Shown here one piece after another: positions 38,290 to 51,207 of a DNA stretch of 64,000 nt. The notes beneath the pieces were generated by a model. That model made no database searches. It was not told where the DNA came from and saw nothing but the letters and a program-made list of their open reading frames with translations. Position 1 is the first letter of the stretch. Every line of letters starts with the position of its first letter. The translations under genes and the position numbers were made by a program. Source of the stretch: Lytechinus pictus (lineage: Eukaryota); contig NC_087245.1 of NCBI RefSeq assembly GCF_037042905.1, positions 38,070,001-38,134,000 of the forward strand, written 5' to 3'.

Positions 38290-38950
38290 CCCATTCTATA
38301 TCCATCCATTCTCCAGCATCCATCAATCCTTCCCTCTATCCATTCACTCGATCATCCATCCATCCACCGACTATCAATCTACCTACAGGCCTATCCGTCT
38401 TTCTGTGCATGATCATTCCAATGATCCCTTTATCCATCATTAATCCTTCCTTCAATCCATTCATCTTTCTATCATGCATCCATCATCAAACCATCCATTC
38501 TTCCATCCATCCATCTAGCCATTCATTAATTATCCATCCATCCATTTGTCCTCATTTGTAATTTACCCTTTCTTGTACTTCTCTTAGTTCTCTTTACTTT
38601 TGTTTTGCTCTCTTTTAAGTGCCTTGAGCATTTGATAAAAATGGAAAAGACGCTATATAAATCATATGTATTATAATTATTAACCAATCCATCCATCTAT
38701 CCATCCGTCCAACCTGTCCTTATTTCTTCCATCTATCAATCCATCCACCCACCCATCCAACCATTCATCAATCCTTCCATCTATCCATCCATCCAACCAA
38801 CCAACTATCAATCCATTCATCCATCTATCCATTCTTCCATCCATCAATCTTTCAATCCATCCAAATATCCATCCATCCACCTGTTCATCCATCCATCAAT
38901 AATTCCATCTTTCCATCCATCTATCTATTCTTCCATCAATTCATCCATTA
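38290..38950. repeat. Degenerate (TCCA)n microsatellite tracts
   Basis: Repeated CCAT/TCCA units. Confidence 0.9.
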
Positions 38951-40227
38951 TTTATAACATCAGTTACTTATATGCCTGGCTATATGCAGATTTTTTTTTA
39001 CAGGGTAGCAGTGCGTGTAAAATTTTTATGAAGAAACTTCAAAGTAAGGTAGCGAAGCAACGTATCTTGTCATTGGAGTGCTTTTGCATATTCTTTAAAA
39101 TCGGATGATTTCATCGGAATTTTGTAAAAATTATCAGAAAAAATTGAAGTTTTCAAAATTTCTGCTCCCACTGCATATGAACATGCCATATATGTAAGAC
39201 ATGTATAAACTGTAAAGCCATATTATAATGTTAGAAAATTCCTTTTCAATATTTTGAGTACTGAAATATGATTTAATAAGTAACAATTACTGATCAAGAG
39301 ACAAAAAATCCAACAAACAATTCTGGCATAGATTTCCAAACTGTATGATTACAGGCTTTTAAAACGATATACATTTTTCTTTCTGAAAGCATTAAAAAAG
39401 TAATCCGCAAGGAATGTAAGAAAGTACTGTTCATGGATATAATCATTAAAAAAATATACATCATTTGCAAATCACCACATATCATACATATGTCTTTCTT
39501 TAAAACCATGTAAGAAAAAAAATCATAACAGTGCCCTTCTGATAAATTTGCACATAAATATGATAATAAAAATATATGTCCTTATCTCACTTGATCAAAA
39601 TAAAACTTTGATAATTAGCAGAGTTATGTTCCATTTTAATGAAAGCACTAATTGACAAACATGGTCATGACAGTAGTCATAAAAATACATGTAAAATCAC
39701 ACATCATATTTATCTATGAATTCCTGCAAAAATAGTAGGCTAGGCCTGTGTGGTGTCTGAAACAACCGTTTGTATAAAAAAAATATTCATCACTTTTTAC
39801 ACTTTTTTCATTTGATGTTATGATATATATATGAATTCATATCATCATCACAGTTAAGTTGCATTAAAAAAATATACAAAATACCTGTTATGCAAAAACT
39901 GACACGACAAATATACATATTCATTAGCATTAGCAAACAAGATTTATCTTCCATATAATATAATAAATTGCACTAATCAACACAATAAACAATTTTCGAA
40001 TAAATTTTAAAGAAATGAACTCTACATGATAAATGAACAAATATGTATGTCATATAATATAAAAAAAATATCAGTACAATATTAATTCATCACTTACACA
40101 CCTTTCACAGATCAATGACTCCCAGGTGACTCTCAGATGACTCCAATGTGACTTCCCAGGGTCTTCCCAGGTGACTCTTGGCTGTTGATGTGAGCGAGGG
40201 AAAACTTCAACAGATGTATCCAGGGAT

Positions 40228-40490
40228 ACACGGTAAATCTCTTAGAGCATTGACTCGTAACCGTAAGGTTGTGAGTTTGAAAATCCCCACTCTGCCACTG
40301 CCTCCACTTTGATAAAAAGACCCCGAGAGTAGTTTCTGTCGTCTATAAGGTCAGCCACTATGACTGATTATCCTAGACACAAAATGTTTCATAGGTAATT
40401 GGTTTTGTACCAGCTTGGCAATTATACTAGCAAAAAACTGTCCTGCCGAGCTCCTATGGGAGTTACAATAACAGAAACAAGAATAAATTT
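40228..40490 (+). mobile_element. SINE-like element; 5'-truncated sibling at about 31228-31375
   Basis: Degenerate tRNA-like head; shared body TCAGCCACTA..ATGTTTCATAGGTAATTG..GGGAGTTAC..CAGAAACA. Confidence 0.55.
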
Positions 40491-40900
40491 CCAACGTACC
40501 AACTTTTCACTATGGGACCCGCAGATGTAAATTACTAGCACCGTGTTCGCAATGTTCATCCCTTCAATCTGCAAGCAGCTGTGTATATGTGTATATATAC
40601 TTTACAAGTAGAGCCTTCAATGAATTAATGCTTGTCTGTCAAAAAGCATCATTATATAGTAACGTCTGTTTCAATTTTACAATCGATTGATCAATTTTAT
40701 CTGTAGCAAATCAACTTACACTTCTTGTTGCAAGAAGCGCATCAGTAATCGATTACAAATTTACGATTAATTTCAAGACTTATGAACGATTTAGAGACCG
40801 AAAATAGACTTGAAATTGATGGCATTTTTAGCAATGCCCCATTAGTCCCTTATCACGAATATAATAAGGACAAACAAGAAACTTTTCAAAATTAACTTAA

Positions 40901-42565
40901 AGGACAAGTCAACACCAACAAAAAGTTAATTTGAATAAAAAGAGAAAAAATTCACAAGCATAACACTGAAAATTCCATCAAAATCGGATGTATAACAAGA
41001 AAGTTATGACATTTTAAAGTTTCGCTTAATTTCACAAAACAGTTATATGCACATCCTGGTCGGTATGCAAATGAGGAGACTGATGAAGCATCCACTCACT
41101 ATTTATTTTGTTTTTTATTGTTTGAATTATGCAATATTTCAATTTTTACAGATTTGACAGCAAGGTCCAATCTACATGAACCATAAAATGTTTAGGGAGG
41201 AATAAAACTTTGAATCACAGGACCATGAGGAGAAAATTTGAATATTTCATATAATAAAATACAAAAGAAATAGTGAGTGATGTCATCAGTTCCCTCATTT
41301 GCATACTGATGGGGAGGTGCATATAACTGTTTTTGTGTTGTGAAATTATGCAAATCTTAAAATTTTCATAACTTTCTTATTTTACATCCAATTTTGATGA
41401 AATTTTTAGTGTAATGCTTGTTGGATTTTTCTCTTTTTCAGGGATGCCACTAGGTGTCCTCCAAAAATACTGAAACTTATCGTGGGCCAGGACAGTGTCC
41501 AAGAATTTTTTTTTAGGGGGGTCCACCTTTAATTTTGGGATGGACACAGGTAAAAAAAATTGGACAAGCAAAAAAAAAAAAAAAAAAAAAAAAAATTAGG
41601 AGAGGGGGGAGGACCAAGTGGCATCTTACCTTGTTGTGATAGATGACTTTGAAGTCAATTAGGTTTGAAAAACTGACGGTAGTTAGTTGTTGTGTGTTTC
41701 TCATAGAACGCTAGACCAAAAGCTTCAGTCTCTGTATTTTGGTTGTTCAGCTGAACCGCGTTGGCTCCACTCACCAATACATAGACTGAAGAGTTGTTGG
41801 CCCGTACATAAAGACAACGTATCAGCTAACCCAGGGAGCTCCGGCCCGCTTTCCGGGCCGGAGCTCCCTGGGTTCCGTATCAGCATGCAGCAGTAACATT
41901 AGATCTAACATTCGGCGGAAACCCGATTTTCGGATCGTTTTTGGTACATAAAATGTCACATTATAAAAAAATAATTACATCCAAACTTACGAGAAAATAT
42001 ATAAAATTCAGAAACATCGTACCTTAGACCGCAGTTACCGCTAATTCCTTTCAAATGATGATCAAAACTTAGTCATCCTCGATTCCTTCGTTGGTCATCG
42101 TAAGTTGCCATCTTGCATGACGTCATCATCTTTACAGACGTATTTACCAGTCGCTATTATACCGCGATTCGTGCCGCTGCTTTGCGCTTGTCTATGTGCG
42201 TGCGTTCGGGACTTGTCGCTCGCATTGATTGGCCAGGATATCGAGAATTCTATTCAGAAAGCCTTGATAAAAGCATAACTCAATGAACGTAGTAGGCAGT
42301 GCGCGCGTTTATAAATTATGTACTGTATAAAAGCAAATATCTCGGGGAAATATCTCTCACTCGGTCGATCGCAATCGGGAGAGATAGGGGGAAAAAAGGA
42401 GGACTTTCCAATTCTTTTAATACACAGAAAACAGGAAAAGTCGGAAATACGGAAATACGGAAATAAGACAGATAGCAGGAAAAAGCCGGAATTCCGTATA
42501 AATACGGAAAAGTGGCATCCCTGCTTTTTATTCAAATCAAATTTTTGTTGGGGTGGACTTGTCCT
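40901..42565. mobile_element. Kolobok-like MITE carrying a nested insertion (41439-42523)
   Basis: AGGACAAGTC / GACTTGTCCT ends with TTAA TSD; body continues colinearly with 24773-25327 on both sides of the insert. Confidence 0.8.
41439..42523. mobile_element. hAT-like composite element with 6-bp TSD
   Basis: 13-bp TIR CAGGGATGCCACT; CTTTTT on both flanks; ACGGAA subterminal repeats at right end. Confidence 0.75.
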
Positions 42566-43146
42566 TTAAACAGGCAAGTTGAGAGTATTGACAGAGGCAG
42601 GATAACAGATTTAAATCTGAATATCCCAACTTGACCAATAATAATGATAGTGATATCTTATTGAGCGCACAAACTGTCCAGAGACGTTCATGGCGCTAGC
42701 GCAGCAACAGCTCCTTTGGATACAAATATTTTATACATAATATAACAGCTACAAAATATAGATATAAATAAAATGGACAAAGAAATCTTAAATCATTACG
42801 AGTAACGTCCCGCATCATCAACACTGAAATTCCTTGCTACATCCTGGTGGGGCCTGGTGCCCTTGTGCTTGCTGCCCCGTTCACCGACAATTTAAGGGGC
42901 AAGCCCGGTCAGCTCAGTACTCACAGGAGCTCTAGCAAACAAGGGCACCAGCCCCGATAGGAAGCCAGTCAGAACAGTGTGTGAGGACAGAGAGTGCACC
43001 TTAAATGCATACAAAACAAACAATAGGAGCAAATATGGGTTGAAAGAGCAAATAACAATAATAATATTCAGTTCTGGTACAGTACATTTGTTTCAACCAT
43101 CTCTATGCATATTTCATAAGACAATAGGAAGAAATAAAGGCAATAA

Positions 43147-43607
43147 GACCCCATTCTCATTTACTTTTTAAAACTAGTTGAGTGACAACCAGTTTAACAT
43201 GTAATGGGAATGCTCCAAGCAGTCTTAGAAGCGATCTTCAGTAATCTTCCAAAAAGGTTTGGAAAAAACCACCTCACAATGTGGTTTTCGAAACCGCTTT
43301 ACCCCTTTAAACTGGTTTGAGTACAAGTGAGGACACAACCATTCTTTGCATGGAAGTTTGAGAGTGGTTGCATGTTGGGTGTGCTACTCAGTACACACTG
43401 CGAGTAGAATGCCTACACTGTGGTCTCAAAAACATATGACCCCACTGAGAGCGTTCCCTTAGCAACAAGACCACTTTACATGAAGTGGTTCTGGAAACCA
43501 TGCAGTTCAGGAGACGGTGATAAGAACACTAGCAAAGGGATCTTCAGAACTGGTTTCCTTACAGGTTTAAGGGAAACCAGTTTAAGAAAGTAGATGAGAA
43601 CAGGGTA
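43147..43607. mobile_element. Palindromic MITE
   Basis: GACCCCATTCTCAT / ATGAGAACAGGGTA ends; long internal hairpin. Confidence 0.7.
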
Positions 43608-43734
43608 TTAGTATCTAGCTTTACGGCTCTACATCTAAGTAATCCAAGTAAAAAATAAGCCTCAATGATTAGCACAAAACAGCCAACAAAACCCTGTTTT
43701 ATATTACATTAATGGTTAAAATCAACTTTGGGGG

Positions 43735-45497
43735 AGTGGAACACCTCTGGCAGTCTCGCCTGCATAACGAGATAATGACTTTAAAAACAACTATTGAATA
43801 ATTATTCACAAAAAAACATTCATATGATAATAAAATACTATGTTCATTGACCTTAATGACCTTGGTCATGTGATGTTCAGTAATACTTGACTGCACTTAT
43901 GTCTAAGTTTTATGAACTAGATCCATAAACTAGATCAGTCAGTCCGCAAGCCCTGAAAAAGTAGCTTCTTTTATCCAAGTGATATTCATGACAAGAGGGT
44001 TTTTGCACAGTTAATGAGCTTGGTGCGAACCAAAACACCTCTTTTTCTTCGGCCATTGCTGCTCTAAATATTGACCAAATTTCATGTTTTTGGTATCTTT
44101 GTAAAGAAGAAGAATCATTCTTTTAGGTCATGTGTTTGGATTTTTAAAAGAATGTTGTAATATAGGAAAAACTTTTGATCTAAAACATGAAACAAAATAT
44201 TTTTTTTTCATGCAACAAAAGTTGTTGTTTTCACACTTAATTTCTGTTTAGGCACAAATGATTTTTAGATCATGATAAAGCTGAAGATCTAAGCTTTAAT
44301 ATGATATAATTTTTATAAGAAGATGTATTTTAGATGGGTCAGCAGCCAGCTTTTCATAGGCCAAGTACATTTTGCAGCTCAAAAACAAGAATACTGCACT
44401 CTGATTGGTCATAGACCACACACCCACGCAAATTCCAATGTTCCCCACACTGGGCCTCTGCAAGGTCACACTCACCATGTGGTAATCTCTTCAAATTACC
44501 CGCGCCTGTTTGTTTTGAAAACAGTATTCAGCCAATCAGAACTCTGGATTTTATGTTACTCAGAAATTTCAGAAATCTCATCTTGCATCTTGATGGAAAT
44601 AACTGGCTGCTGACCCATCTAAAAGATGCCACATATCAAGAGTGACATTGTAAGAAAGTATAGAGTTTGAGCTTTCTGATGATATAAATAATGTTGGTGC
44701 CTAAAACACAAAATGTTGCACAGTTTGCAAGTGAAAACAGAGGAAGAAAATTCTGTTTGATGCATCTTTTCAGGTAAAAAATTCACTTATTTATCAAAAT
44801 ATTTCATTCAAAAGAAATGACCAATATAAAAGGGTAACATTTACTCTTGCCCATGGTACAAAAATAATCAATATTACTCAAGGAGAAAGTGGTTAAATTC
44901 TTTGAGAAAGAAAGTCTCACAATTCACGAGATTTTGCAGGGACATGAATTCAGCCACGAGAGGACTTGGATAAATCTTGCTCATTTGCTCATTAACACAG
45001 GGGCTTGAGGACTGACTGAGATCCATTAACTTTTGTAAGCTAGTGAACACTTTTTGCGAGAGTGATCACAAATTTCCTAGAAAGCTAGTGAACACTTTTT
45101 GCGAGAGTGATCACGAGTTTCCTTGTTGACCATAGTAGATTGCGAGACAAATGAATACCCTCTAGCGATTATTTCAGTCCGCAATAATGAACCTATTTAG
45201 TATTAGATCCATAAACTTTCAAAGTTATGAGGGCAATTCAACAAATACCCTCAACATGGCCAAAGTTCATTGACACTAAATGACCTATGACCTTGGTCAT
45301 GTGACCTTAAATTAGCACAGGATAATCAGCGATACTTAATTGCTCTTATGTTCCAGTTTTATGAACTAGGTCCATATATTAAGTTATAATGACATTTCAA
45401 AAACTTAACCTTGATTAAGATTTCAATGTTCACGCTGCCGCAGCCGCAGCCGTCAGAAAAGCGGCGCCTATAAACTCGCTATGCTGTGCAGGAGAGA
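43735..45497. mobile_element. Helentron-associated (HINE-like) element interrupted by a TIR element
   Basis: Subterminal IR TCTCGCCTGCA / TGCAGGAGAGA, TGACCTT-rich internal repeats, GCC-type microsatellite near one end. Confidence 0.55.
43936..45018. mobile_element. Non-autonomous TIR element with 4-bp TSD (Academ- or Sola-like)
   Basis: TIR CAGTCAGTCC(G/T)CAAGCCC; AGAT on both flanks; inner IR TTTTAGATGGGTCAGCAGCCAG. Confidence 0.7.
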
Positions 45498-45851
45498 ATT
45501 CAGGGAATCTCATTTAGTACAAGAAAGGGTCACCAGTCATGCATATATAATAACAATAACGGTGGGAGAGTCATGGTGTAGCAGTTCGGACCCTCACCTT
45601 GTAATTAGAGGGTCATGTCCGAAAAGAGGTGTTTTCTATGGCCAAAAATATGTTGAAAAACTCTGAATTAAGATTATAATCTGAAAAGTAGCACCCCAGG
45701 AAATTTGAGAGGGAGAGACCTCTCACTACCTTCTGTGATTGAGTGATGTCAGCAGAATAGCCACTTATCATAGATGGATTTGAAGAGCAAGGTCTATCAG
45801 GGATGATCATCTTATGGCAAGCTGAAGAAGGGCAGTGTCTATCAAGGATGA

Positions 45852-46092
45852 TCATCTTATGGCAAGCTGAAGAAGGGCCATGATAGCAGCAGACAGTCCC
45901 ATTGTGGCCGGAAGAGTCACTACCCACGCCAGGACAATGGTTCCAAAGAGCGACCAATTAACAGCTTCCCTCGATCGCAGCCAACCGACCGATACCACGG
46001 ATCCAATCTTGCAATGGGTGGTACTGATGGGGATGCCAATGTTGGATGCCAGGAGCACCGTCATGGCTGCACCAAGCTCCACAGAAAACCCA
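45852..46092 (-). CDS. SLC20A: SLC20/PiT phosphate transporter coding exon 9 (terminal)
   Basis: [37 protein letters not shown]...WVVTLP...LAIR*. Confidence 0.95.
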
Positions 46093-46654
46093 CTGGAGGA
46101 AGTGGAATATAAAATCAAGTTTGTTAGCTATACCAGTCAGATGCATGTATGCCTCATTCCCCCCAAATCTCCTCCCCTTGTACAGACTCCCGATATCAGC
46201 CTCATCCCCTTCCTATGCTTGATAGTGTTAGTGTCGTAATATCTATGTCTATGATCTAGATAACCTAAAGAATACCCGCTCCTATTACACTTATTCCAAG
46301 ATCTGCCCCCCTCCTCATCTTGATAGTGTTAGTGATGAAATATCTTCTACCAAAAGAATACCGCCTCCCTTTTACCCCCCTTCCCCCTACGCTTAAAGAT
46401 CTGCCCCCTCCCTCACCTTGATGGTGTTAGTGTAGTAATACCTTTTTCCACCAAAAGAACACCCCTCCCCTTTACCCCCTTCCACCTACGCTTACTAAAA
46501 AATCTGCCCCCTCCCTCACCTTGATGGTGTTAGTGCTGTAATACCTTTTTCCACCCACAGAATACAGACTCCTCTTTCCCCATCCCCTCCCCCCTCCCTC
46601 CCTCTTCCCCTAATATGCTTACTCTTAGATTTGCCCCCCTCCCCCATTCCTCAC

Positions 46655-46840
46655 CTTGACGGTGTTAGCGCTGTAATATCTTCCCCCACCGTCTGAATCA
46701 CCCGACGTCCGAGACACCATAATCCTAGAGAGATGCCCAGTGCTCCATAGAAGAGCACCCACAGAGGTGTTGGTTCCTCTTGGGCAATGTCTCCGGTCCT
46801 GTAGATCAACCAGATGGCTATCAGAGGTCCAACGGCATTA
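46655..46840 (-). CDS. SLC20A: SLC20/PiT coding exon 8
   Basis: [50 protein letters not shown]; phase 2-2. Confidence 0.95.
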
Positions 46841-48086
46841 CTGCATCAAAGAAAAACCACAGGAATATATCACAATAGGATATTCCATTGGAGAAAGATA
46901 CCGTAATCTAGAAGTAAATCATACTTTTTAACTCCATAGGTGCCATGAGCCTAATTACATCAGGACGGCTAAAGATATTCGTTCGACCCAACCCATTCGA
47001 ATTTTTTCAATTTGCTATTGCTGATTGACAAAAGTGTATGAATATGATTCAAAATCTAACACTGATTCTAGAAATGGTAACTACTGAACTTCCTTTGCCC
47101 AAATTGGGAAGATATATCAATGATTTGGAACTATTTTTTGACATGCGGAAGAATTGGGGCTATTTTACTGTTTCAGTTGATGAATTTGATCCCATCATAG
47201 CTATCTTCATAAATGGCGATTTATTTTTAAAATGAGCAGGCTACGATACCCTTCTCTGGTCAGATATGGAATGTCAGATATATATCCTATCCAAAAGTAG
47301 TAAACATTCGACCCTCTAATTTCACATTTATTTTTTATGAATTTTGTTAAGTGCCATTTTAACACACAAGTCTATGGGGAATGTTTTACGCGCGTGACAC
47401 CCATATGGCGGGCGGGGGGGGGGGGGGGGGAGATGGTTCTCTGAGGCCTCTCAGGTGTGATCTGTGCATTGATCATGAAGCTATATATCGCCTACAATCT
47501 CAACTCCAACCAACCTCCAATGCTTGAAAAACACAACATATTTGGGTCTAAATGTTTGCAATGGATATTTGATAACATCTGCAAAAGTGACAGACAAGAT
47601 GTTTAGGGAGAAAAATCTGAGCTCATTTCACAGAACTTCAATGGTGGTAAATAAATATCTTGTTGTTTATAATGACATTTCCAAGACACAAGTCATCTTC
47701 CTATCTTTATTTTCCTGGAACCTGAATTAAACCAGATTGAGAAACCATATTTACAGTAAACTAAACCAGGGCCCTGTCTTACAAAGAGTTGTGATCAACC
47801 ACAACTATGGAAAGCCACCAATGTCATCATCTAAAATGCATGTTTGTTCAAAAAATTTCTAAATATGTACATTCATTGTTTTCGTAAAATTCAGTGTGTT
47901 TCTCTTTGTTCACAAGGACATCATGCAATTTCCAGTTGAAAAAATTATGACATTGATGGATTTCCATAAAGCCAAGGTTGGTTTGATCAATATGATCTAT
48001 TTGTGAGACAGGGACATAACTTTCCGCTGACAACATGAATTGCTTTTCCTTAATAAAAAAATGTCTTCTTTGCTGAAATCACTAAC

Positions 48087-48429
48087 CTGACATCATTTCC
48101 ACCATGTGCAAAGCTGGCAAATATGGCAGACAGCGCCTGCAACGGAGAACATAGGGAAGTCACATGGGGGTGATCTTGTACCTCTGACACGCCTTTATTG
48201 ACCCTATCTTCATTCGCTGCTTCATCCTCATTTTCCATCGTTGTTTCAGCATCGTCAAGTTTTGTGACATTTTCACTTCCTGTTTCTTCTCTGGCTTCAT
48301 CAAGTGCCGACCCGGCTCCAGGAATCAACCCGACTTTGTCGCTCTTGTTGTCATGGCTATACCTCCGCTTCACTGCAAATATTGATTGTGTCTCCACTGC
48401 ACGATCCTCCTTCTCCTCACCACTCCTAC
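48087..48429 (-). CDS. SLC20A: SLC20/PiT coding exon 7 (cytoplasmic loop and second signature)
   Basis: ...LQALSAIFASFAHGGNDV; AG/GT boundaries, phase 1-2. Confidence 0.88.
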
Positions 48430-49293
48430 CTGGTGAGGGTTGGAAATGAAATTACACAGATTTAGAGAACGGTAAATTTCACATTTTTTACCATTGTGAT
48501 AGAACAAATTAAAGCCTACATTCTTTCCATGAATGTATTTCAACTATAAACTTGATTACAGGGGAGCGGTAAATTTGTGAAAGCTTGGTTGAAAGTAAAA
48601 AAGTTCACTTCTTCTGATTGTGGGATAACGTTGAAGACGGATAGACTAAGAGCCAAGTATTGAAATGAATGATACCATTGTCAAGATATGTATAATTATG
48701 TCATACTGTTCACAAAATGGTTTGGTGATTGTGCTACATAACACTGCAACAGAAAAAAAAAACAGCATAAAAATCACCTGTCCATTCTAATCACTTACAT
48801 CAAGCATATGGCGATTCCTTAGAAATTGATTTTTTTAATAGGGTTCCTCTTTGCACTATATAATACTAATAAACATGTAGAATGTTGGTACTGTTACCAA
48901 ATAAGTTCAAAACTCATAAAATGAAAGGAGGGGGAGGGTAATCACAAGTCTCCGTTAAAATTTGAACAAGGAATGGATGGATAAAGAGATTGGGTGATTT
49001 CAAGTCCAGTGTTGGTGTTGGAAGCCCAATTGGATTGCGTTTCCAAGCTCCAAGACCTATTCTAAATTTACACATAAAAATCCAGATCAGAATATTGACA
49101 GCTCAACACCCAGTGAATGACTTTTTCAGGACCATCTTCATTTTATGTTTTGGGTTATACTCATGTAAAAATTGGCCAAACACCAACATCAAAAGGTCAA
49201 CACAGAAATTGAAATCACCCACTAGCATGAAAGAAGGTTTATAAAAAAGATGTATGCAGAAGAATGGATTTGTAGTGTTGTATAATTTCTCAC

Positions 49294-49413
49294 CGATTAT
49301 TTTCTTTCTGATGTATGGCACCATGATAAACCAGACCGCTAATCCAACAAGGAATCCAGACCCAAAGCTTAGCACAAAGACACCCCATAGAGGTATGCTA
49401 TCAAAACCAAGGG
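49294..49413 (-). CDS. SLC20A: SLC20/PiT coding exon 6
   Basis: LGFDSIPLWGVFVLSFGSGFLVGLAVWFIMVPYIRKKII. Confidence 0.92.
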
Positions 49414-51207
49414 CTGGGAAAAAAATGTTACAAGTCCATTTGTAAAACAAAATATCGATAGAAGTTATCATCAAAGAAACAAACATTTTAATACCAAAAT
49501 AATTGTATTCAAGGTTATACAAAATCATAATAATGGGGAAAATAAAATGTGATTTATGCTGTAATATCATTTAGACGTATTGTAATGTTTTGTCCTCTTC
49601 CTAAGATTGTTGACTCCAGTATTAATAGGTTAACGTTGATACCTCTAATAATTTTGTGTCAAGTTGTTGTGACAGAGCATGGTATGACAGTAATGTTAAC
49701 AAATTGTGACACTGATACTTCATTGTGATTGAATACATCAAATTGGGTCTATGATATATCCGTCCTTCATGTTTATAATTTCGTGGAGCTCAATAAATCG
49801 CTCTCCTTGAGGAGCTCAAATCAATTCAATACAATACATGTATGATAAATTGTAGATTTTCCTTAAAATTGTAAATGCAATAGCTGTGGTGAAACTAGGC
49901 CTAGGTCAATACGTTTACAACAAAAAATTGCTAAAATTTCACATTTTACATCTTTAAATCCATAAAATGGCCATCTATTTTTCCATAATTCCTTGAAATT
50001 ATTTTGATTAGGTTGAAAACTATCAGTAAAATGAAGAAAATTCAGCTCTTTCTTAACTCTGATTGATGTTACAATCGTTAAATATTGTAGTCCCACATGT
50101 AGACTTCCATGGTGTTGCAAACATTAACTGAAAACGATCGTTGATCGTTTGATCGTTATTGATCGTTTTACATTTGGTCAACACCATGGAAATCTACATA
50201 AGGGACTACAATATTTACCGAGTTTAACATCAAATCAGAGTCAGGAAAGAGGTGAATATTCTTCATTTTTTCGGTACTTTCCAAATAAATCAAAATAATT
50301 TCAAGGAATAATGGAAAATAGATGCCTATTTCATGAATATAAAGATGTAAAATTTCAGCAATTTTTTGGAGTTTTTTTTTATTATTTTTTTTAGGAGCGC
50401 GATATTTTGTTCTCCTTATTTCTTTTTAAGGAGCGCCGGCGCAATCGCGCTCCTCAAAAATGAAGGTCTGATATGTTGCCTCTCATAATATTTCAAACAA
50501 TTATTGGTTACAATGTATGCATCAATAACACTCTGGTTTTACAGCTGGAGATCAAATATCCAAATATGTAAATATTCAAACATGCAAATAAGCAAATATT
50601 CACTGGGTCCCGTAACAAAGAGGTTAGCGATTAATCATACGTTTGATCTTCACAATAAATTGCACATTGTAGTCAATGCAATCAATCGCTAATAAAAATG
50701 TTCTACAATAATTGCAAAGCTTTGTGTTCAATACAGGCCCCAACAGTCACAATACCGACAATTAACACATATAGAGGAACACCATTTTCTAATATCAAGA
50801 TTAAATCTGAGTTTGCTCCTCAAAATGGCAACAATCACAAATTATCTTTCTATTTCCACAGTATTTCACAAGGAGTTCACCTCCTGCATTTCCAAACAGT
50901 GATTTTTGCTTTGTTTTTATTGCATTGGCAGTTCAGAGCATGTAAACATATGGTAAGCTTTTTTTCAGTTAAATGGCTGTTAATACAGGAAAAAGCACAA
51001 CATACCAGAAATGACATCAGCTTTTCGGTACATTTCTTTCTTCCTACAAATCATATTCCATACTAGCACTCAGGAATAATGAGGAACTACAAAGTGTTGC
51101 CTACATGGTGTACCCCTATGGGTTGAAAGTAACAGCTTTGCTATATTCTGTCTGGATTTGACTGCACATTTGTTTACGTGAATGCAAACATTAAAGTGGC
51201 AACTCAC

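Noticed and set aside
38680..38892. W/D/G-rich ORF
   Set aside because: Translation of (TGGA)n microsatellite
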